In this document: positions 49,502 to 57,962 of the stretch, one piece after another
Layout of the letters: each line of letters begins with the position of its first letter
Numbering within the stretch: position 1 is the stretch's first letter
Virus record (IMG/VR): IMGVR_UViG_3300009128_000011
Span: 1-64,000 of that record
Reading direction: 5' to 3' (one strand)
From: a virus
DNA: 64,000 nt
The notes under the pieces: model-generated
Told to the model about the DNA's origin: nothing
Databases searched by the model: none
Seen by the model: the letters and a program-made list of their open reading frames with translations, nothing else
Program-made: the position numbers and the translations under genes

Positions 49502-50712
49502 GCCGACTGCGAGATCTGACCATGCTGCTGGCCCTGCTGGCGGTCTTCTTCGCGCTGCCAGAGGCCTCTGCACAGGAGGCGGTCCCTGGTGCGAAGACCT
49601 ACCAGGAGCGCCTGAAGAACGCTGTCGGCGTAGACGGCGGCCAGCTACGCACGACCGGCCCGGTGGCGAACCGCTACCACGGGCTACTGCAGGCGTGGAA
49701 CGACGCCGGCCGGCTGCGGGTGGTGGACGCCGGGAGCCCGCTGCCCGTGCAGTTCGTGGCGGCCTTCCCGGGAGCGATCAACCTGGTGCAGGTGGGGGGC
49801 AACCTCGTCACGGCGGGTGCCGGAAACGTTGCCGCTGGCACGCAGCGGATGACGCTGGCCAACAACGATCCGGCGGTGGCAGATCTGGCGGCCATCGAGG
49901 TGCTGCTCACTACCATCGAGGCGCAGTTGGACGTCCTGGACGACTGGGACGACGGCAGCGACCGCGCCAACGTGGTCGTCGCCGGGCCGCTCGGCGGGGG
50001 GTTGGAGGCGGCCGCCGTGCTCGTGACGGTGGCGAACGACAGCACGGGGCTGCTGTCCGTGGACGACAACGGCGGCAGCCTCACGGTGGATATCGACGGC
50101 TTCACGGTAGGCAACACGGACGCCTTGGGCGCTTATATAACCACCGGGGGCTGGGACGTCGAAACAGGGGCCGACGCATCGATCAAGACACACAACTTGT
50201 GGGGCGACGATGCCACGATCTGGAACCTGCCGCGCCAGATCGTGATCTCAGAACTGACCGTCCACGACGTCGTGGACGGGAACCGGGACCGCGTGCGGTC
50301 CTCAGGGGCCGACACGTTCGACGTGGCGGTGGGCCTGGAGTACGTGGCCGGGACGGCGACGGCGGTCGACCAGGGGCAGCCGGACGCCGGGACGCTGCGG
50401 ACGGTGGAGGCGCAGAGCAATGCGGCCACCCACCACGACATTGACCCGAACCAGAACGAGGTGGCGGCGGACATCAGCGCCAACACGAGCCGCCGCAAGC
50501 TTCTCTGCCAGAACGTCGGCACGGACATCGTGGCGGTCAACTGGTGCGAAAACACCGGGACGGGGACCCACGGCGTGTTCCTCGCCGGAGGGACGGCCGC
50601 GTTCGACGGGACTGGTGGAAGCGTCGAGATCGAGAGCACGTGCGCGGTCTGGCTGTACGACGTGAACAACACGACGAACGCGGACACCAACTGCATCGAG
50701 GAGACGATGTGA
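49498..50712 (+). CDS. Beta-rich protein with N-terminal signal-peptide-like sequence
   Basis: MLLALLAVFFALPEASAQ; Asp/Thr/Gly/Val-rich body (LSVDDNGGSLTVD). Confidence 0.6.
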   Translation: MSRLRDLTMLLALLAVFFALPEASAQEAVPGAKTYQERLKNAVGVDGGQLRTTGPVANRYHGLLQAWNDAGRLRVVDAGSPLPVQFVAAFPGAINLVQVGGNLVTAGAGNVAAGTQRMTLANNDPAVADLAAIEVLLTTIEAQLDVLDDWDDGSDRANVVVAGPLGGGLEAAAVLVTVANDSTGLLSVDDNGGSLTVDIDGFTVGNTDALGAYITTGGWDVETGADASIKTHNLWGDDATIWNLPRQIVISELTVHDVVDGNRDRVRSSGADTFDVAVGLEYVAGTATAVDQGQPDAGTLRTVEAQSNAATHHDIDPNQNEVAADISANTSRRKLLCQNVGTDIVAVNWCENTGTGTHGVFLAGGTAAFDGTGGSVEIESTCAVWLYDVNNTTNADTNCIEETM

Positions 50713-50880
50713 TGCGCTGGGCCGGCTCGTCTGCTCCCGTTCTCGTCCACGCGGCCGACTACGGCGACCTGGGCGGGCACGGGTGGCTGGCGGACGGGAA
50801 CGCCATGTTTGGCGCGGGTTCGGGCGCCGCTACCGTGACGATCGATATCGACTGGTTCATGGCCGGGAACTGGAGCTAGG

Positions 50881-51390
50881 ATGCCTCGACGACTGGCGCT
50901 GACCCCCACTCGCAGAGACGGCGCAGCGGTTGCTGGGGGCGCTGCCCTCGGCGCGCTTCTGACGGCTCTGGTCTCGGGGTCTCCAACCGCCCCCGGCACC
51001 CCCGAACCGTCGGCGTCGGCGAGACGTCCACCCGTCGAGGCAGAGGCGGCCCCGACGCCGCCGTCCCCCGCGGTGACGCCCCCAAAGCCCCAGCCCATGC
51101 GCCCCGCCAACGTCAAGGGCGTCCGCAGCACGACAAACCTGCCCAACCCCATGCGGGTCGTGTGGGACGAGCGGGGTCCGCGGGCGGTAGTTGGGGCCAA
51201 GCGCTACCCGGTGGCCCTCCGAGGCCCGGGGCTGGAGGGGGTCGAGGGGACGCAGTGCTATTCGACGGGCACGGCGGGCGACTTCGGCCCGAAGGGGCCG
51301 CGGCTCCGTCCGGGGGAGTACCTCGTGCTGGCCGAGCGGCCCTGTCGGAGTACGCCTTCGTCTCCCAAGCCTTCCGTGGAGGCTCCCTGA
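50881..51390 (+). CDS. Membrane-anchored Pro-rich hypothetical protein
   Basis: Hydrophobic N-terminal segment then Pro/Ala linker. Confidence 0.5.
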   Translation: MPRRLALTPTRRDGAAVAGGAALGALLTALVSGSPTAPGTPEPSASARRPPVEAEAAPTPPSPAVTPPKPQPMRPANVKGVRSTTNLPNPMRVVWDERGPRAVVGAKRYPVALRGPGLEGVEGTQCYSTGTAGDFGPKGPRLRPGEYLVLAERPCRSTPSSPKPSVEAP

Positions 51391-51917
51391 TGGGTGCCGG
51401 CGTGGTCCTCCTGGTCGAGGACGCCGACAGAGATGCGGCATTGATCGAGGCGATCTTGGGAGCGGCTGGCTACGCTACGCGCCGGGCGCTCTCCCTGGCC
51501 GGCGGTCTCGAGGCACTTCGGGACGTCGACTTCGACGTGGTGCTGATTGACCTCGGACTCCCAGATGCCGAGGGAGGCACCGTCCTGGATGTGGTCCTCG
51601 ACGCCGCGTGGCTCGCCCCCGTGGTGGTAGTCACCGGTCGCGACGATCCGGAGATGGAGCTCGACGCCCTGCGATCTGGGGCGCAGGAGTGGTTGTCGAA
51701 GGGGAGTGGTCTGACGTCGAGCGCTGTCCTGCGCTGCGTGCGTCATGCGATAGCGCGCCGCGAGGGGCAGCGGGCCGTCGACAGCCGCAACCTGGAGGCC
51801 GTCACGCAGCGACTGCGCTCTGCGCTAGATCGCACGGAGACGCTACGGCCAGCCAGCAACGGCAGGAAGCCGGAACGTCCCTGGTACACGAGAGCACTCG
51901 ATGCCGCCTTCGGTTGA
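51390..51917 (+). CDS. Response regulator receiver (CheY-like) protein
   Basis: LLVED, LIDLGLPD, VVVTG, GAQEWLSK. Confidence 0.88.
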   Translation: MGAGVVLLVEDADRDAALIEAILGAAGYATRRALSLAGGLEALRDVDFDVVLIDLGLPDAEGGTVLDVVLDAAWLAPVVVVTGRDDPEMELDALRSGAQEWLSKGSGLTSSAVLRCVRHAIARREGQRAVDSRNLEAVTQRLRSALDRTETLRPASNGRKPERPWYTRALDAAFG

Positions 51918-52140
51918 CACGCTGACCCGCGACCGCGTCCAGGAGCTCGCCATCGAGGTGACCCGGGTGGCGACCCTCCTGGAGACGCAGGCGGGGCTAC
52001 TGCCGGCGACGCAGGAGCTCGACCGCCGGCTGTCCCGGATCGAAGGTATCCTCAAGGTGGTGCTGATCGTGGGGACGCTGGCGACGGGGGCGGCCATCAC
52101 GGCCCTCGTCAAGACGTTCATCGGAGGAACTGGTGGCTGA
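51901..52140 (+). CDS. Small coiled-coil membrane protein (holin-like candidate)
   Basis: RRLSRIEG followed by a single C-terminal hydrophobic helix. Confidence 0.45.
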   Translation: MPPSVDTLTRDRVQELAIEVTRVATLLETQAGLLPATQELDRRLSRIEGILKVVLIVGTLATGAAITALVKTFIGGTGG

Positions 52141-52804
52141 TCCGCTCGTCACGCTTGCCCAGGTCCGCGCCGAGGGGCTGACGGTGGCGCAGGCCTCCGA
52201 CGCCAAGGTCACCGAGGCGATCCAGCTCGCCAGCGACCTGGTCGAGCGGCTGTGCCGGACGAGCTTCACCACGCAGACCTACACGACAGCGGCTCCCTTG
52301 CTGCTCAACGGCACGGGCCACGACACGATTTGGTTCGACGACCGGGTGCGGACCGTCACGGAGATCGGGATCCAGACTGCAGACGGGACGCAGCAGACGG
52401 CCTACAACGCCACCTCCTACCGGCTGTTCGCCAGCCGGACGCCGAGCGCCCGGGACTTCCGCAACCCCAAGGTCCAGCGGCTGGGGGCGCGGACCTTCCG
52501 GGAGGGGCTGCTCAACGTCTACCTGGCCGGCACGGTGGGGACGACGGAGCTCGTCGGAGGGGTCGAGTCCGTCCCTCTCCTGATCCAGCGGGCGGTGCTG
52601 ATCCTGGTGATCCAGGACTTCGCCTGGCTGCTCACGGACGACGCCCGCCAGAAGATGCGACTCGGGCGCTTCGTGAAGTCGCAGACGACGGAGGGACACC
52701 GCTACGTGCTGTCCGACATCGCCTTCTCGGGGGCGTACTCGGGCATCCGGGAGGTGGACCGGATCCTGCGCCTGTACTCGCCGCCGCTCGGGGTGCGGGC
52801 CTGA
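52133..52804 (+). CDS. Head-tail connector (adaptor) protein
   Basis: LVTLAQVR...AS..VERLCRTSF...VPLLIQRAVL...VDRILRLY. Confidence 0.75.
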   Translation: MADPLVTLAQVRAEGLTVAQASDAKVTEAIQLASDLVERLCRTSFTTQTYTTAAPLLLNGTGHDTIWFDDRVRTVTEIGIQTADGTQQTAYNATSYRLFASRTPSARDFRNPKVQRLGARTFREGLLNVYLAGTVGTTELVGGVESVPLLIQRAVLILVIQDFAWLLTDDARQKMRLGRFVKSQTTEGHRYVLSDIAFSGAYSGIREVDRILRLYSPPLGVRA

Positions 52805-53217
52805 TGTTCGGCCCCCCTCCCGCTCTCGACCTGGTCCATCCCGTCACGGTGACCATCGACCCGCTGGACACGGCGAGCACGAGGTGGGACGGCAGTGCCC
52901 GGGAGCCTGTCCCGCGAGAGTGCAGGCTGCCGACGGTGACCATCACCGCACAGGTCCACTGGACGAGGCGACGGGATCGCCAGCGGACGGCCGCGGGGCC
53001 GCAGGACAGCTCCGACGGCTTCCTCGTCTTCCGCCGCGTGGACCTCACCGCGCAGGCCTACGACCCCCAGCCCGGCGACCGGGTGGCGACGATCACGGAG
53101 GCGGGGGTGGCGGTCAACGTCTACCTGACCACGCCGGGGCAGCGCCGGGGCCAGTACGGGGGCAACTTCGGCCTCGTCCGGGCCTTCTTCGAGGACCGGC
53201 GCCCGCACCAGGACTGA
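52804..53217 (+). CDS. Head closure-like protein
   Basis: Position; P.PGDRV motif. Confidence 0.6.
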   Translation: MFGPPPALDLVHPVTVTIDPLDTASTRWDGSAREPVPRECRLPTVTITAQVHWTRRRDRQRTAAGPQDSSDGFLVFRRVDLTAQAYDPQPGDRVATITEAGVAVNVYLTTPGQRRGQYGGNFGLVRAFFEDRRPHQD

Positions 53218-53218
53218 C

Positions 53219-53812
53219 GTGCCCGCCCGCGGCGGCCTGCGACTCACCGGGGCGTGGAAGCGCTGGACCAAGCTCATCGATCCCCAGGACTTTGAGCGGC
53301 GCCTCCGACGGAACATCCGGCAGGCGACGATCAAGAACGGTCTCCTCGTCGTTCGGGAGATCCGGCAGGGGATCAAGAACCGGGACTACGAGCCCAACGC
53401 CTTCTTGACGCTGGCGGCCAAGGCGCCGAAGGACAAGCCGCTCGTCGACAGCGGGGACTTGTTCAAGGCGATCACGAAGGTGGTCCTGGACGACTTCCGC
53501 GTCTTCGTCGGGGTCAAGAAGACGGCGAAGGGGAAGGAGGGGGAGGCGCTGGTCAACATCGGCGCAGCGCTCCATGAGGGCTACACGGTTCGGGTGACGC
53601 CGGCGATGCGAGCCGCGGTCTTCGCCCGAATCCACGGCAACCAGCAAGGGCGAGCCATCATCAAGGCCGACCCGCCGGCGGGCCCGGCAGCGAAGGTGTG
53701 GGTCATCCCCCCTCGCCCCTTCATCGAGGCGGTGCTCGAGCGCAAGGACATCCAGGAGCGGGTCAGGCGGAACTGGTCCCGGGCGGTGGAGCGGGCGCTG
53801 GTGGGGAAGTAG
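53219..53812 (+). CDS. Virion morphogenesis/neck protein
   Basis: KPLVDSGDL, LHEG, IPPRPFI. Confidence 0.75.
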   Translation: MPARGGLRLTGAWKRWTKLIDPQDFERRLRRNIRQATIKNGLLVVREIRQGIKNRDYEPNAFLTLAAKAPKDKPLVDSGDLFKAITKVVLDDFRVFVGVKKTAKGKEGEALVNIGAALHEGYTVRVTPAMRAAVFARIHGNQQGRAIIKADPPAGPAAKVWVIPPRPFIEAVLERKDIQERVRRNWSRAVERALVGK

Positions 53813-53816
53813 GGGG

Positions 53817-54290
53817 CTACTTCGGCACCTTCCACCGGTCGGTAATCACCCGGACGGCGGCGAGGCAGAGGGCGTGCGGTAGGCAGTCGCCCTCGACGGT
53901 CCAATCGGCGCTGTAGGGCTCCATGTACACGCTCACCTGCTCCCAGAAGTGGATCGCCACGTTCCCCTCGTCGTCGAAAGTCCAGATCCAGTGCGAGGGC
54001 GAGTAGATGCGCTGTAGTCGCCTCCACACCTTCCAGCCGGCGGCGAGGTTGGTCGAGAACTGGTCCGGCATGTCCCCGGGCCGGATCCCGTAGGTGTCGG
54101 GCTCTATGCGATCCGGCAACCATGTCCGGGCCTGTACCCAGGTCGGGTCTTCGTCGGCTTCGTGCGTCCAGTGCAACACGCGCTTGACGAAGCGGCCCGG
54201 GCGCTCGAACAGGTAGGACTCGATCCAGGCGTCCAGTTCGACGCCGGCACGGAGCTGGTGTGGCTCGGGGTGGGGGAGCCGGGGCATCAT
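53817..54290 (-). CDS. Phage ABA-sandwich (BC1872-like) protein, island 4
   Basis: ELDAWI...FSTNLAAGWKV...LPHALCLAA. Confidence 0.6.
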   Translation of the reverse strand: MMPRLPHPEPHQLRAGVELDAWIESYLFERPGRFVKRVLHWTHEADEDPTWVQARTWLPDRIEPDTYGIRPGDMPDQFSTNLAAGWKVWRRLQRIYSPSHWIWTFDDEGNVAIHFWEQVSVYMEPYSADWTVEGDCLPHALCLAAVRVITDRWKVPK

Positions 54291-54498
54291 GGCGCCTCCA
54301 GCAGCCGCACCTTCCGCAGCCACCGCGGGGACGCGCAGACCACCTCGTGCAGGTAGCCCGCCGGCACGTCCCAGAGGACGGGGACCGAGCGGCACCGTCT
54401 CGGAGCCTGGCAGGCCATGCAGTGGTCCACCGTGCCGAAGCCGGCGCACTCGGGGTCGACATCCTCGACGCGCTCGCCGGGGGTGAAGTCGGTCGCCC

Positions 54499-54759
54499 TC
54501 ACGACGCCTTCTTCCTCCGGTCCGGGTGGTCCAGCCGGGCCTGATCGACCTCGTCCCGCAGGCGGTAGGACCAGTGCTCGGGGGGGTCGAGGGCGAGTTG
54601 CTGCAGGTCGCGCTCGAACGATCCGGTTGGGGTCGCCAGCCCCCGCACGTACTTCGACGCCTGCGTGTGGGAGCAGCCGAGCACCTGGGCGAGGCCGCGC
54701 TGGGTGAGGCCCGTCACCTGGCAGGCGGTGCGGGCGAGGGTGGGGGTCTTGGTCTTCAT
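54499..54759 (-). CDS. XRE-HTH protein, island 4
   Basis: GLTQRGLAQVLGCSHTQASKYVRG...P. Confidence 0.75.
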   Translation of the reverse strand: MKTKTPTLARTACQVTGLTQRGLAQVLGCSHTQASKYVRGLATPTGSFERDLQQLALDPPEHWSYRLRDEVDQARLDHPDRRKKAS

Positions 54760-56496
54760 GGGGTCTCGTTCTCCTTGGTGGTGGGATCCCAGCTCCGGAC
54801 GCACATGATGGTCGAACCGTCGGGCAGCCCTTCGTTGAGCAGTGCGCAAACGAGTGCGCGCACCCCGGGCTGGTCGGCCACTTCGAGCCGGTCCAGAAGC
54901 ACGGGACAGACGGAAACGGCTCTGCGCTCCCTGGCCTGCTCCTCTCCTTCCTGGAGCGTGGCGTAGAACCGGATGCGGCGAGTCCGCACGACCCGCGGCG
55001 TCCCGTCCGGACTCGGGTGAGCGCTCGGGCGCTCTTCCTGCCAGGTGACTCGGTAGACGGTGGCAGTCATCTAGTTGTCCCTCCCCAGCCGCAGGGGGCA
55101 GGTGTCGCAGGACGGCAGCCCCAACCGGAGGCGGATGACCATCTCCTCCTCGTCGGTGAGACCGGCGTCTTGGATGAGGCGCTCCACCTCCTCTCGCCCC
55201 TCGGGGGTGCGGGCCTTGGCGCGCAGCTCGTCGAGCCTGGTGTCGTCGTCGTTCTTCGTGGCCATGGCTATGCCAGCGCCTCCACCGTGCCCTCGAACGC
55301 CTGGCCCTGGAAGGTCCACTCGCCGTCGTCCCAGCACTCGTAGGCGGCAGCGGTCTCCCGCACGAACTCGGCCAGCGTGTAGGCCGGCCCGTCGTCGAGC
55401 ATCACGTCGAAGCCGTCGGGCTCGTCCAGGGTGGTGATCCGGTGGGTGGGCTTCCACCCGTCGAGCACGCCGGGCGCCCACTCGTAGGTCTCGTCGCCGT
55501 CGATGGCCTCGTCGATCAGCCGGTCCTGCTCGGCGCGGTAGGCGATCTCGAAGGTGCGCACCGTCTCGGGCGTGGGCTCCGGTCCGGTGAGCTCGTGCAG
55601 CCCGTTCTCGAAGTCGCCGTCGTAGGGGTCGTGGGGCTCGGCGGGGAGCCCGACGGCCTTCGCGTTGCCCTGGGCGCACTCGACGGCGCAGGTGACGATC
55701 AGCTCGGGGAGGAGGGGATCCTCCATCCAGATCAGCCCCGCGTCCTCGGCGGCGACCTCCCGGGCCTCGGCCCGCGTCAGGTCGTCGCAGGCGCCCTCCT
55801 CGGGGTCGGCGTACTTGCAGAGCAGCAGGTTGTGCTCCTCCGCGTGGTCGATGGCGGCGTGTCCGGTCAGGGTGCAGGTGGCGTCCACGGTGTCCTCCTC
55901 GGTGTCGTGCATCCCGGACGGGCCGAAGCCCGTTTCGTCCGCCGCCGCGGACTCGTCAGCGGGCGACGTCCCAGTCCATCCCCTCCCGGCGCCCGTTCTC
56001 CGTCCACTCGGCCCAGCGGGGGAGGTCGGACGGCCTGAGGTCGGCGGCCTGGAGGATGCGCATCCGCACCCCCGCGTCCGTCGCCCCGCACAGGTTGACG
56101 GGACCCTCGACGAACCGCTTGCAGATGCGGGCGTTGGGGCCGTAGGCGATGGTGATGTTGGCGGCCTTGCTCATCTTCTCCTCCTCGGTGTCGTAGCCTC
56201 CTACCCCGAAAGCCCCGACCCTTGCGGGTACGGGCGGGGGAGGGGGAGGGGGGCGGTCTAGGCGGCGAAGTCGGGGGAGGAAGGTCTGCATGCTACGCCA
56301 GCGCCTGCACCAGCGGGGCGTAGAAGCCGCCGCTGTCCGCGTCCACCTGGTTGCTGTAGTCGACCTCCCACCCATCGGGGATGACCGCGTCGACCTCCTC
56401 GGCGTCCACGCCGTCCGCGTACCAGACGCGGGGGCCGACGGCGGCGTCGAGGTCGATGATGACGGCGTCGAACTGCTGCCGGGGCGTGGCGTCCAT
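54756..56496 (-). CDS. Island 4 small genes (56293-56496, 55956-56174, 55268-55888, 55071-55265, 54756-55070; also 54287-54502)
   Basis: Packed minus-strand ORFs with RBS motifs downstream of module copy 4. Confidence 0.7.
55909..55968 (-). ncRNA. Hammerhead ribozyme (type I topology)
   Basis: CCCG CUGACGA GUCCGC-GGCG-GCGGAC GAAA CGGGC-UUCG-GCCCG UC/CGGG: complete core plus three stems. Confidence 0.9.
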
Positions 56497-56595
56497 GTCG
56501 TGCTCCGTGTTGTTGTGTTCCCTGACCATGCCTATATGGTACCAACCCCCTTCGTGGACGTCAAGGGGAAAAGCGCACGGTGGGCAAAAAAGATC
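56496..56595 (-). promoter_or_regulatory. 100-bp promoter/leader module, copy 4
   Basis: GATCTTTTTTGCCCACCGTGCGCTTTTCCCC TTGACG-17-TACCAT, 33-nt leader. Confidence 0.85.
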
Positions 56596-56651
56596 GCCGG
56601 CCAGCAGCCCCCTGGTCGCGCCCCGGCCGCGTCGTGTAGGATGGGAACCTC

Positions 56652-57950
56652 GTGGCGCGCACTCTCACCACCATGCTGGTCGACCTCGAAGTGCGTTCCC
56701 GCCGCGCCGACCGCTTCGCCGGCCTCGACTGGTTCACCACCCGCGACCGCCTGCGGTGGTCCCGCCTCGCCAACGCGCAGCCGGGGGTCTATGACTCCGA
56801 CCTGCGGGAGTTCTTCGGCGACCGAATCACCCTGCGGCCGACGACCCCCTTCTCGGGCACCTACACGACGGGGAGCGGGGGCGCTGCCTACTTCTGCACC
56901 TACCGGCGCACCGTGCCCGAGGCGAAGTCTTGGGCGGCCATCGAGCTGCTCTACGCCGAGCCCGAGCCCACGACCAACGTCCGGTTCCTCCTCGGCGACG
57001 CCACCGCCAGCCTGTACCGGTGGGACGGCGCGGCCTGGCAGGTGACCGACCCCGCGGTCTCCGGCAACTGGAACACCGAGGCCCAGCTCGTCGAAGGCTT
57101 CCCCTCCTGGACCGGCACCGTCGTCCGCGTGGCCTTCCGGCTGGCGACGTCGGACGAGGACATCACCCCGACCGTCTACGGCGCCCGGGCCTTCGCCAGG
57201 ATCTGGAGCCCGAGCCCGGTCGAAGACTTGGTCCTGCGGACGGTCATGCCCTACTTCGCCACCGCGGCCACGCCGGCCAGGTACAGCGAGGACGCCGACG
57301 GGTCGGGGACGGTGGACCTGTCCACCATGGTCGAGTACCGGCCGGCGGACGTGACCCCTTTCGCCGTGCACAACGTCACCGACGACCCCACCGAGCAGAT
57401 CGACCTCTTCCAGGCGTGGAACGCCGGAACGTTCCGGGTCACCCTGACCGCTGCGCAGGACGCAGGCGACGAGCTGCTGATCGACATGAACGTCGCCCCC
57501 CTCGTGGCGCGCGCCGCGCATCGCGACTACCTGGAGGTGAGCCGGCTCCCGGCCCTGATCATCCAGGGGGTGGAGGTCGTCGACGAGCCGAGCCGGCACG
57601 TCCCCACCGCGGTCAAGGACCGAGCCGCGCTCACGGCCCGGGAGATCGACCGGCCCGACAACTTCCGGCTGGTGCTGGACGTCCTGGCGGTGGCGGGCTA
57701 CGATACCGAGCTGCAACGGCTGTGCGACGCGGTGGACGCCTTGACGACCTGGGCCTACTCAGGGGTGACCGGAGAGCCTGTATCCGTGCGCCGTCTGGGC
57801 AACTGGACCCCGCGCGACGGGGGCGGCGACAACGTCGTCGACGCGCGGGCCTCCTTCGAGGCGGCCGGGATGATCGCGTACCGCGGCCAGGACACAGCCG
57901 CAGCCCTGCTCAACGAGATGGTGCCAACGGTGGCGGAGAACGCCACGTAG
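56652..57950 (+). CDS. Putative tail completion/terminator protein with extra domain
   Basis: Immediately upstream of sheath; beta-rich. Confidence 0.55.
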   Translation: MARTLTTMLVDLEVRSRRADRFAGLDWFTTRDRLRWSRLANAQPGVYDSDLREFFGDRITLRPTTPFSGTYTTGSGGAAYFCTYRRTVPEAKSWAAIELLYAEPEPTTNVRFLLGDATASLYRWDGAAWQVTDPAVSGNWNTEAQLVEGFPSWTGTVVRVAFRLATSDEDITPTVYGARAFARIWSPSPVEDLVLRTVMPYFATAATPARYSEDADGSGTVDLSTMVEYRPADVTPFAVHNVTDDPTEQIDLFQAWNAGTFRVTLTAAQDAGDELLIDMNVAPLVARAAHRDYLEVSRLPALIIQGVEVVDEPSRHVPTAVKDRAALTAREIDRPDNFRLVLDVLAVAGYDTELQRLCDAVDALTTWAYSGVTGEPVSVRRLGNWTPRDGGGDNVVDARASFEAAGMIAYRGQDTAAALLNEMVPTVAENAT

Positions 57951-57962
57951 CGGAGGACGAGC

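Noticed and set aside
15598-56595. 100-bp modules as MITE/IS ends or integron attC sites
   Set aside because: No terminal inverted repeats, target duplications, transposase or integrase; conserved positions map onto -35, -10 and leader
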